64,000 nt of DNA from contig CM097883.1 in the NCBI GenBank assembly GCA_044892505.1, positions 314,650,001-314,714,000 on the forward strand, written 5' to 3'. The position numbers were made by a program, and so were the translations under genes. This stretch comes from Schmidtea nova. Its lineage: Eukaryota. Positions 51,584 to 61,620 of the stretch are shown piece by piece. Within the stretch, counting starts at the first letter, position 1, and each line of letters begins with the position of its first letter. The notes beneath the pieces were generated by a model. That model made no database searches and was not told the DNA's origin. It saw only the letters and a program-made list of their open reading frames with translations.

Positions 51584-52610
51584 TGTAATTATAATGGGAT
51601 ATTTGATTTCCCTAACCCCTATTCTATATTATGTAATGCCTGCATGCGTTATTGATTAAATTTGATTAGCTAGGTCCTTAGATGATATCACTATTTATTA
51701 TTTCCCATAATGCTATTGTTGATTGTGCTGGAATCGGCACACCGGGTACCATATATAATACCACAATTTCTTAAATAAGTTATTCTTATTCTTTACATGG
51801 CGACCACGCTTTCAACTCAAGAATTATTACGGATTTAGTGCACCATTACTATGCCACCCGGATTTTAATAAAACGTTCATTTTAGACGACGATGCTAGTT
51901 TTGATTGTATTAGTGCTGTTTTATTGCAAAGAGGTGACTAAAATGAAGAAAAGATAATCGCATATGGTTCAAAAAGTATAAATAAACATGAAATTTGGTA
52001 CTGTATAACAAGAAAGGAATTATTATCTGTTTTCCATTTTACACAGCATTTTAAACATTATCTGTAAGCAAAAAATTATTTTAAGAACTGATCATAAAGC
52101 AATCACATTTATGGTAACTTAAAAAAACAATTACTGCTCAGTTTCAAAATTGGATAAATTTTTTAAGTAGTTTGAACATGAAAGTAGAATATCGCAAAGG
52201 TGAGAAACACAATAATGCGGATGCACTATCACGACTGAATATTGGAAATCGCACACAATGTCAGATGAATCAAATTGATTTTAAAGCAGAAAAAATTAAA
52301 ACTAAAACTTTAGCAAAAGAAAACATTCGGAACCGCAAAAATGAAGATAATTATGTGGACAATGGAATTATTGACTCATAATAATAAAATATATATTCCT
52401 TCATAAATGAAAAATTATTTTATACTAGAAATCCATAAAGAATTGTGTCATGCAGGAATCAACAAAACGACAAGCTACATAAAGAATTATTATAATTTCC
52501 AAGAAATGGACAAAAGTATTAAGAGAATTATCACAACTTGTGAAATTTACCAGAAACGTAAAACTGGTAAAACAAAAGAAGTTATTGAAATACTAATTAA
52601 TAGTATTAAA
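51584..52610 (+). mobile_element. Internally deleted Gypsy relic: LTR and PBS joined directly to RNase H and the integrase N-terminus
   Basis: TGTAA(51584)...TTACA(51797), PBS tggcgaccacgc, then HPDFNKTFILD..DAS..AYGS and HKELCH..CEIYQ. Confidence 0.7.
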
Positions 52611-53739
52611 TAGTGTCCCTCCTAACACACTATAAGTTATCTCGTGAATGACTTTTGACGAAATTTTGAAAGGTGTTTTGTTTAAATAATAATAAAAATT
52701 AAAAAAAAATTTTCTTATTAACTTTTGTAAAACTACTGATAAAAACAATTTTTTACGAGGTACATCTAACAAAAAATTGTTTTTATCTATTGTCTTGCAA
52801 AAAATGATATGAAAAATATTGAATTAAAAAAACGATCAAAGGTGAAACCAAAAGTCAATGATGATAATAAATTTTATACAATAACTTCTGTAAAATTTAG
52901 TCCAATGCCAATTATAATCAATTTTTTACATGATTTCAAACAAAAGAAAACACTGAATATATTTATTAAAGACGATGCAGTCTGTATCATATTTAACTAA
53001 ATGCTTAGTGGGAGTCAATTATAAATATTCTAATAATTGTTTTTATCAGCAAAATACATACATTCAGAATTAAATAAATTCATTCAGAAGAAAAAGAAAA
53101 TTTCCGTTTTTTCCCTCAAAAATTTGCAATTAAAATATTATTTTCCTTCATCATTATGATATCATGGATTGACCTACGTGCTTTTTCTAATTTGTACACG
53201 TAATAAAAAGCATAATAACTGGTATTAAATTTATTAAAATATTGAAATTCTTATTTTTCAATTAAATATAGCCTAAAGAGTCCACTGAAAAATATATCCC
53301 TACTGACATAAAATAAATTCATAATAATTTTTGTTATTTATTTTAGAAAAAGGATTTCATCCAATCAAAACCGAGCATTATGAAAATGTATGAACATTTT
53401 TATTTTCTTCTTTTCCATTTTATGGACATTGCTGTGAGTTAAATAAAATATCCAAATCATTGGTTTTCTGTTCTAAATAATCTTTCAATAATTTAAAAAA
53501 AAATTCTTATAAAATTAGAAAAAGATACGAATTGAAAAATATTGCAAAATTTAGATAATTATGTATAATTTAAAACTTTATTTTATTTTATTTCAATGAG
53601 TGTAACTAAATGGACTATAAACAATTTCAATTATAATTGATTACTTAAAGTTTTTCAAATTAATTGGCATAAAATAATCCATTTTGTAGAAAAAAATTCC
53701 AAATCAATTTTAAATAAAATTTTATTTTATTATCTAAAT

Positions 53740-54030
53740 CAGGTGGGATCAATCCGCGGCCCATTTCATTTTATGTGGCCCGACGAGGATTTTCTTGCCT
53801 TACAATAACAATTTTTTGAAACGAAATTGCAAAAAATCCTCATATTTCAAAAAAGCTCTAATTATTTTATGATTTTAATAAAAAAATAGAATCCATATAG
53901 AATTGTAAAATGGTCAATTTTTTAATAAAAAATAATAAATTTGTGCTCTTTTTTCGATGTTTTTTAAAACGTGAGCCCGCGAAATTTTTGTGTTTGTATG
54001 TGGCCCACCGTAAAAGGTTGCTCATCCCTG
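53740..54030. mobile_element. hAT-type MITE
   Basis: CAGG...CCTG ends with ggccc/gggcc subterminal motifs and an 8-bp TSD ATCTAAAT (53732-53739 and 54031-54038). Confidence 0.85.
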
Positions 54031-54980
54031 ATCTAAATGACCGCAAATTGGAGTAATATAATAAAGTAAATTTATGAGAAATAAATTTTATTTTATAGTA
54101 GATTGTTCTTCTCAATGGAACTCTGTAATAAATGCCACGATTTTATACTTTTCGATTTGAAATAATTTGATCTGTTTTTGTAAATCCATCAAATTGTCTT
54201 AGTATTTTAGAACTTCATATTTCTCATATTTATTTATCCTAATATATAATAATTAAACTAAAATGAGAGTTCAACTACATAATTTCCACTGTAAGCCATT
54301 GACATTAAAGATTTCCTAATATTATACTAAAAAATATAATGATACAAAAGTTTATATCACATTTTTTACACCCCTGACATAGGGAATCGCACACCTCCAA
54401 TGTTTTATTCAAAACACTCTACCCCCTCCCTCCCCTCCCCCCACACACACATCCAATGAAAGTGTAAATATACTTGTAATAAAAAATCTTTACAGAAATG
54501 CCAAAATAACGTGCTGGGTTCATGGAGGGGTTAGATGAAAAATGCTCTAACAATGACTAGGGATCCCTCATCCATGATCATGCATAAAATTGCAATCTTA
54601 CACTCAAGCGCCCTTGATTATTTCCCTATATAATCAAGTTGGTGATGCGCAGGGTGGTTAAACAATGATGGGCAGGCGAGCACTATCGCTAGTACTACTC
54701 CCCATTTATGTTTACGGGTTCATTGCTGCCGTTAGAAGGACTTATGCTTTAATCATTTGCTTAGGTATTCCGCAATAATCTTTTAGAAAATTTATTTTTA
54801 ACATTGCGTATTCTGCGAGAAGTGTTTAAATCAAAATGCTCGCTTAATTATTTATTTGCCTTTGCTAGATAATTTGTGATATGAATTTATACTTTTATAC
54901 TATATTGATCTAATTATTCGTCAATTTACCAAATCAATTTAAAGGAACAATAAACTTTTTAAGATAACACAAAATTTTAT

Positions 54981-55577
54981 TTAATTTTTAGTTAGTTCTG
55001 TAAAAACTCCAGCTGGAGGAAAAATCTCCGTCAATAATTCCTCTTCAGTCAACTGGTGTAGACCATCTACTTGACTCTGTAATCGCTGGGCGAATAATTT
55101 CCTCTGTCTTCGCCGTTTCTGCCCAATGCGCTTGCGTTTTTGGTGCGCGTTTGCCGTTGAGGTGGATGGAATTATTGCTGAAACCGGCTCATTCCGACTT
55201 TCGATTAGATCGGCGACATCCGTGCCAATGGAATTTACAGTCCTCTTTTCTGATGTCCAAGCTTGATACGTAACCGGACGGATTTGCTCTCTGAGTTCTT
55301 TCTCAATATATGAGGCAGTTACGGAATGGAGGCATTTTCGGAGTTCTAACTTTGTAGCCTCCCATTCCATTTGGTAATCGGCTGCAGTCTGCTGGGCGCG
55401 CTCGGTTTTACTGATTTGCTCCTTCATTCTGGCCGGAGCAAACCAGCTTTTGCGCAAGTATGCAATCTGTGCCTCGGCTTTGATCAATTGTGCCTTGAGG
55501 AGACCCACTTCCTTGTCCTGGGCTCTCCGGATCCGCCACATCTTTTCCAATTCTCTCTGTATCAAATCGGTGGTCAT
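54981..55577 (-). CDS. Hypothetical coiled-coil protein with basic NLS-like stretch (198 aa)
   Basis: ATG-started ORF with a heptad-rich N-terminus and KRKRIGQKRRRQRK; TAG acceptor 1 nt before the ATG. Confidence 0.6.
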   Translation of the reverse strand: MTTDLIQRELEKMWRIRRAQDKEVGLLKAQLIKAEAQIAYLRKSWFAPARMKEQISKTERAQQTAADYQMEWEATKLELRKCLHSVTASYIEKELREQIRPVTYQAWTSEKRTVNSIGTDVADLIESRNEPVSAIIPSTSTANAHQKRKRIGQKRRRQRKLFAQRLQSQVDGLHQLTEEELLTEIFPPAGVFTELTKN

Positions 55578-55762
55578 TCTATAATTTATTTACGATATTC
55601 ACTTTATAATGCAATTATATGAAAAATTGAAATCTGATTATAGGATTATTAGGTTACGAATACGAACTATTAAAAACACAAAACCAAAACTCAAAACAAC
55701 AAAATAAAAACACCGCTGAACATTAATATTTGAACACAATTTAAACATTTGACAATCAGTTT

Positions 55763-56242
55763 TTATCTCCGAAACAAGCTATGTAATTCGCTGTTAATCG
55801 GCCTCCGACGAAGACGGGCCCAAGAGAATGAGGGTTGTCCTCTCTGGCACTCCTTGCCGAACGGTTTTCGTGGTAGAAATTCGTGTAGGCCTAGTTGACA
55901 TAGTTCCCGACGAGGGATGTGCCCCCAATAAATTATATGGCTTGTTCGTCCCTCGGTGTTCCTGACTAATACGATCATTCGGCCAAACTTATTGGAGTAC
56001 GGCCTTTGGGAAATCGGCCAGTTCGGTCCTCCTCGATAGAGTATTTGGTCGTTCCCTCCTGTCCATATCGAGAACGGGCATTTTCGGCCAAACCCATGTC
56101 GCCACTTATACATCTGGCAGTTGAGGGTTCGCAAGATCGATGCCGGTAGATCCTTGAGCTGCGAGATCTTTCCATTTTGCCTATTCCCTTGTTCCACTTT
56201 CCGTAGGTGAGTTAATTGATTCATAAGTTCGGCTGTCGACAT
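55763..56242 (-). CDS. Hypothetical basic protein (159 aa)
   Basis: ATG-started ORF in a GC-richer block; TAG immediately before the ATG and TATAAAT at 56310-56304. Confidence 0.5.
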   Translation of the reverse strand: MSTAELMNQLTHLRKVEQGNRQNGKISQLKDLPASILRTLNCQMYKWRHGFGRKCPFSIWTGGNDQILYRGGPNWPISQRPYSNKFGRMIVLVRNTEGRTSHIIYWGHIPRRELCQLGLHEFLPRKPFGKECQRGQPSFSWARLRRRPINSELHSLFRR

Positions 56243-57848
56243 CTATATTACATTTATTGGATATAAAATATATGAGTTAACGGAGGGAATTTGTGGATAA
56301 ATCATTTATACTGCCTATAATCACAAAAGTTACTTAAAAATAAGATTAATTTTATTTCTCTCCGCCGTGATCTACCACGGTCGGAATAAAGAGTTCATAA
56401 TTAGTCCTGTGCTATATACAGCATTCAGGAATTATCAAATTTAATCAAGATTTCCGCGCTATATACAGCGATCGGAGAATAACTTGGGAAACCGCGCCAT
56501 ATACGACGATCGGTCTATTTTTAGTAACTAATTTAATTTAACTTGGATTTTCCGACGCATTCCAATGCGATCGGAATTTATCGATATTATAATTTTGTAG
56601 GCGAGATGCTGATTCCGAATGAAATCGGACTTTAGACTACGATGAATTTTCTCATTTCAGCGAAATTATTCAAATTTATTTTATTTGTTGCTCACTGTTT
56701 CTCCATGCGGGAGGTTCCATTACGATTCAATTGACTAAAAATTCAAATGATGAGTACGCCCTACCATGGGGGGTCCCTCCTTATCAATCCGCCCTCCGCA
56801 ATCTCCCTATTTGGCCCTCGACCCTCGTCCGTTGTGCAACCCAGAATTAAATAATTAGTAAATGGTTTGTACTAGATCAAAAATTCAATCAGATTTCTAA
56901 ATAAAATTCCACATCTAAACTAAATACTAAAAAGGTTGAACCGCCATGTGAGACCCTGAGGCCCCACAACGACGACTCGGACTCCCTCGCCGCGTGAGCA
57001 GCATAGGAAGTATAACTATATGCATCAAAATATCAATAAAATAACGTTAACATATAAAATTTTAATTGAATAAAAATCATGGGTACATCATATAAGATAA
57101 ATATAAAAATTTACTTCCGTACTTGAATGTGTGGTTCCTTGTATGAAATTCTGTTTTTCAAAAAATCTCGTTTTGTTCAATGAAATATTACTTAAATCAA
57201 AGTTTAGTCTTGATTGTAAGTGAAAAGTAAAAACGTCCCTTGTTGTGATTTTTGGATCGGTATTTATACTGATCCGTCTGGTTGGATTGACCAATCAGGA
57301 TCAGGCCGTCCTTCAAAGTATTTTTATTATTTTATTCTAATCTAAACATTATTTTGTTTTCCTTTTCCGGTTTCTCGCTGGGTGGTCCTGATTTTTCAAA
57401 TAATTAATTAATTATTTGCACTATTATTTTATTTAATTCTATCTTTGTCTTATTTCAGGCCCCCTTTTGCTGTTGTTTACCGGTTTATTTTCCAAATTTC
57501 CTTTTACTGAAAATTTATCAAATATTATTTGTCGTTTTATTGTTATTTTTAATTTGTTTTTCTTGTTATTTTTATGTTTATTATTTTCTTATTGTTTTGT
57601 GTTTTTGCTCTTTTATTGTGTTTTTAGGTGATTTGGCGGGCCCAACATCACCCGGGGACCCCTAAAATTGCGTCCCGCAATTAAGTATACATAAATACTT
57701 ATTTTCATCATACATAAAAAGTTTTATAGACTTATACATGCAAAGAAAAATCACATAAGGTGATCGAATTTATACATATCATACAATTGTCATTCATTAG
57801 TCAAAATGTAATAATTTGTCACAATAGTTCGATAAGTTATCATAAAGT

Positions 57849-58418
57849 TTATACAATTTGTTCGATCGTCTGGCTCGCTTGGGGTTGAGTTCGGGTCCTC
57901 TCGTTGATTATTTGTAGCTCGTAGTGGGTTTGGATGTGGTTGAGGTGGCTCCTTATTCGTCTTTGAGCTCGGTTATCTCGTCTGGAGGTTTGGTTGTAGA
58001 TTTTCTGCTTTTGTTTTAGGATCTTTATTCTATATGAGGCAATTAGGATTGTGATTGCGATGATAGTTGTGCTGATTGCTAGGATTATGATGATTGCTAT
58101 GATCCATTTTTCTTGATATTCTATTTCAGCTTGGGATAGGCTTTTTATGGGCTCTCTACCTTCTTTCAGGATTTTTCGGGTTTCTTTTAATTTCAGTTGT
58201 TGGTTACCGCAGATTTGTTGGATTTGATGATCTTGATTGTAGGGGTATTTCTGTCGGAATTCGTTGATTTCTTTAATTACTTCTTCGATTAGGCTGTCTA
58301 CTCTCTGGTAGATTTTGTCGGGTAGAACTCGTAATTGGGTTTCGGTTAGTTGTAGATCTTCTCTCTGTAGGGTAATGGTTGTTAACCATAGGAGTGTTGC
58401 TATTGCGAGCTTTCTCAT
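57849..58418 (-). CDS. Hypothetical type I membrane protein
   Basis: The first ATG gives MRKLAIATLLWLTTITLQ (signal-like), then a helical ectodomain, TM WIIAIIIILAISTTIIAITILIA and a basic tail. Confidence 0.7.
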   Translation of the reverse strand: MRKLAIATLLWLTTITLQREDLQLTETQLRVLPDKIYQRVDSLIEEVIKEINEFRQKYPYNQDHQIQQICGNQQLKLKETRKILKEGREPIKSLSQAEIEYQEKWIIAIIIILAISTTIIAITILIASYRIKILKQKQKIYNQTSRRDNRAQRRIRSHLNHIQTHYELQIINERTRTQPQASQTIEQIV

Positions 58419-58493
58419 CTCTTTTATACATCGGTCAATACAGCTTGACACTTTTTATTTTACATAATTTATTTACACTTGGTTTTCGCACAT

Positions 58494-59555
58494 TTATACA
58501 AGGGTTTCGTTGGGTTCGTGAAAACCTTCGTCTTGAGGTTCCACCTGATTTATGGGGAGTGGCATCCATATTACCGTGCTCCTCCACATTTCGACTTCTT
58601 CTCGGTATGTGTGGGATATCTGGATCTCTTCATCTAATAAGTATTCCAGATAGTTCGCTTGTTCTGTTAGGGTTTCAATTTGTTTTTCTAGTTCTGCCAA
58701 TTTTTTCTCTCTCTCTTCCTTCTCCATCATTTCGGTCACTGCTGCTGTGATACTTGTTTCTTTTATTGGTGTTGGTTTTTCTGCCAACTTCTTTCTCAGT
58801 TCTTCGTTTTCTTTTGTCAAATTTGTTATGTTCTCTTCATAACTCTGCCTCGTTTCTTCCAGTCTTTCTTTAGTTCTTTTTAATTCTATTTTCTTCTGGG
58901 TGATCACTCCTTGATATCCATTTATGTCTCTTTTCATGTTTTCTTCCTTGTGATTCCACATTCCGGTCAGCATACCTTTTAATTGTTCTTGATTGGCTAA
59001 ATCTTCTCCCATTCTTCGTACTTGATAAGTTAATTCTTTAATTTTCTTGGCTTGTTCTCTGATAAATTGTTGTCTTTTCTTACTCCATACTTTATTTGAT
59101 GCTTCTTGACTGATCTTTTGCCCTAATTCCTCTTTTAATTCATCGACCTCTTTAAACAGTTTCCAATCATCGCTGTATGCTGTTCGTTCTATTATCTCCC
59201 TTGCTTCCTTGTAAGAGTCTTTTGCCTCTTTCTTCCAATATCTTGCTTGTTCTGTGATTGACTGAATCTTATGGTCTGTTTTTATTTGTTGTCTATCCCT
59301 ATCCTCTCGTCGCTCTTTCATCATCTCTTTGTAGTATTCGTTTTGTTGTCTTAGCAGTTTGTAGACTTCTTCTATTTTTTCTCGACTTCTTTGATTCGTT
59401 TTCTCGGCTTCTCTTAGTGCTTGGGTTTGTCTTTCCAATTCCTCCTGTTTTCGATAATAGGCATGAATCCATATCCCAATCCGCTCCATGTGATTTCTGA
59501 TCATTTCGTCTTGATGTACTGTTACTTCTTGTAAGGTTACTTCTATATTTCCCAT
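58494..59555 (-). CDS. Hypothetical long coiled-coil protein (353 aa)
   Basis: Uninterrupted E/K/Q/R-rich heptad ORF. Confidence 0.75.
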   Translation of the reverse strand: MGNIEVTLQEVTVHQDEMIRNHMERIGIWIHAYYRKQEELERQTQALREAEKTNQRSREKIEEVYKLLRQQNEYYKEMMKERREDRDRQQIKTDHKIQSITEQARYWKKEAKDSYKEAREIIERTAYSDDWKLFKEVDELKEELGQKISQEASNKVWSKKRQQFIREQAKKIKELTYQVRRMGEDLANQEQLKGMLTGMWNHKEENMKRDINGYQGVITQKKIELKRTKERLEETRQSYEENITNLTKENEELRKKLAEKPTPIKETSITAAVTEMMEKEEREKKLAELEKQIETLTEQANYLEYLLDEEIQISHTYREEVEMWRSTVIWMPLPINQVEPQDEGFHEPNETLV

Positions 59556-59740
59556 TTCTATAATTACAGATAAAAAGAATATTTAATCATTTTTTATTTT
59601 TATTGTTTTTGATTATTTGTTAATTCATATTGTTTCTATACATTTTATTTACATGGTTACTTCCTTCATTACGCCAACCATCCTTTTCTGTCTGTTTTCT
59701 CATGCCTCTCCATCTCTATGTATAGCGTGTCTGCATATAG

Positions 59741-61045
59741 TCACTCCCATAGGTTTTCTTTCCTTATAAACATTGGTTCTCCTGCTGCTAGTCCGCATTC
59801 TGTTGTTGGTTTTTCGCTCGTACTCGTATGTTTGTCTGTTTCAAAGAACTTTTCTACTGGTTTTCCCATACTTTTGATTCTTATAATGACTCCTACTTTC
59901 AAGGGCCATTCTATTAGGTCATCGTATTCTCCTTTACATAGTGAGAAGAATATTGACACGTGTGTTCCTTGTCCTCTTCCGTCTCCATTTGGGTATACTT
60001 TCAATCTTATTTTAACCCCGTTTTTCCATAAATAAAATGGTGGGCTTATTACTGCTGTTTTCGTCATATTTCTGGCTTCTGCTAGTTTGTCTCTGAAATC
60101 TGTTACTTTCCATAGGTAAGGTGCGATTGGTAAGTCCCTTCTTTCGTCAATTTCTCGTATTAATTGATTATATTGTATTTTCATTCCTTTTCCTAATTCT
60201 TCTATGGCTATTATTTTCTTTTCCATTCTTTCGCGGGTTAGTTCAAACAGCTCTCTTGTTTCTAGTAGTAAACTCATCATTATCTTATGTGATTCTACTT
60301 CTTTTTCTAATTTCTGGATTGTCTGTTCCGTTTCTTTTGTCGTTTCGTTTGTCATTTCCACATGCGTTAGTGCTGCTTCTTCTAGGTGTTGTTTCATTGA
60401 TTGCCGCGTCCGCTTTTCTTTGCATCCCTGTTTGTTATATGGACATTCTCTTGGTCTTTCGGTACATACTTTCCAATGTTCATGTAACTTTACTTCTTCT
60501 GTTATTTCGCAATTGTTTGGACATTTACTTACATATTGTCTGCATACTTTCTCCTCTGTTATATTCAAGTGTTCCTCTTCGATTTTTCTCCTCGTTTCTC
60601 GAGTTTCACAATACTCGCATGCGATTTCTTCTTCTTTACATTCTTCCTTGTGTTGTTCTCTCTTCTTTAGAGTTATTGTCTGTTGGCATTTCTCGCATTC
60701 GGCTCTCTTTTCCTCGCATTTTTCCATATGGTTTTCCAGATTACTTATTTGTCCTTGCCATGTACAAGGTGTATTTACGCACTCCGTTGTGGTGCTCATA
60801 ATTTCTCTTTGGGTTGCTTTGTCCGTTCTGGTTTCGTCCAACACTATTCTTCCTTCCTTACATTCTGGGCATGTTGTTATTCCTGTTGCATCTAATTCTT
60901 GTATACATTTTGTACATATTCTACATCCACATATCGTTTGTCTGGGTTCTCGTAGTAAATTATTACATTTCCCGCAGGTGAGCCTCTTGCTCCATTTTCT
61001 GTTTTCTAGTCTCAAAATCTCGATTATTCGTTCTTCTCTGTCCAT
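59741..61045 (-). CDS. TRAF: Intronless TRAF-family protein (RING, TRAF zinc fingers, coiled coil, MATH)
   Basis: RING CGKC..CGCRICTKC..CPEC; zinc fingers with CPNNC and CPYNKQGC; MATH YLWKV..SPPFY..KVYPNGDGRGQGTHVSIF..GEYDDLIEWP. Confidence 0.9.
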   Translation of the reverse strand: MDREERIIEILRLENRKWSKRLTCGKCNNLLREPRQTICGCRICTKCIQELDATGITTCPECKEGRIVLDETRTDKATQREIMSTTTECVNTPCTWQGQISNLENHMEKCEEKRAECEKCQQTITLKKREQHKEECKEEEIACEYCETRETRRKIEEEHLNITEEKVCRQYVSKCPNNCEITEEVKLHEHWKVCTERPRECPYNKQGCKEKRTRQSMKQHLEEAALTHVEMTNETTKETEQTIQKLEKEVESHKIMMSLLLETRELFELTRERMEKKIIAIEELGKGMKIQYNQLIREIDERRDLPIAPYLWKVTDFRDKLAEARNMTKTAVISPPFYLWKNGVKIRLKVYPNGDGRGQGTHVSIFFSLCKGEYDDLIEWPLKVGVIIRIKSMGKPVEKFFETDKHTSTSEKPTTECGLAAGEPMFIRKENLWE

Positions 61046-61138
61046 TCTCTACAATAATATATACATTCGACTTGTCATTTATTTTTTGGTTTTTCTTGTT
61101 TTTATTTTTACATATTTACAATTTTCCGCTTTATTTAT

Positions 61139-61495
61139 CTATGGCTCATTCGTTGAATCTGGTTCCGCTTCGTTGTTTAGTCTATTTATTACCCAACTCA
61201 TCCATCCTTCTTCGGATTCTTCTCTTTCTCCTCGTGTTAAATGGTTTATTTCTATTGCTTGTCTTTGATTGATATTGCTTATATTTTGATTTTCTCTGGT
61301 GAGCTCGGTTATCGCTCTTTGTTGTTCTTCTATTCTGTGTAATTGTTCGAAACAGTTGTTATAACTTTCTGATAATAACATTTGTCTTTCCGCTAATTGG
61401 TTCTGTAATGAGTTGACTGTTCGTACTAATAAATCACATTGTGCCTTCCATCTCATAGCCATAGTTATTTCAGTTGTTTCGTCCTGTTCGGTCAT
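61139..61495 (-). CDS. Hypothetical small coiled-coil protein (118 aa)
   Basis: ATG-started ORF with the same codon bias as its neighbours. Confidence 0.65.
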   Translation of the reverse strand: MTEQDETTEITMAMRWKAQCDLLVRTVNSLQNQLAERQMLLSESYNNCFEQLHRIEEQQRAITELTRENQNISNINQRQAIEINHLTRGEREESEEGWMSWVINRLNNEAEPDSTNEP

Positions 61496-61620
61496 TTTCT
61501 AAATTATATACATCATTTACTTTGCTTTTCTAGCTTTTTACAATTTTTATAATATCGATACCCATACTATTACGGTAATGCTTTGTTATTTACACTATTA
61601 TTTACAGTCATAATCCGCCC

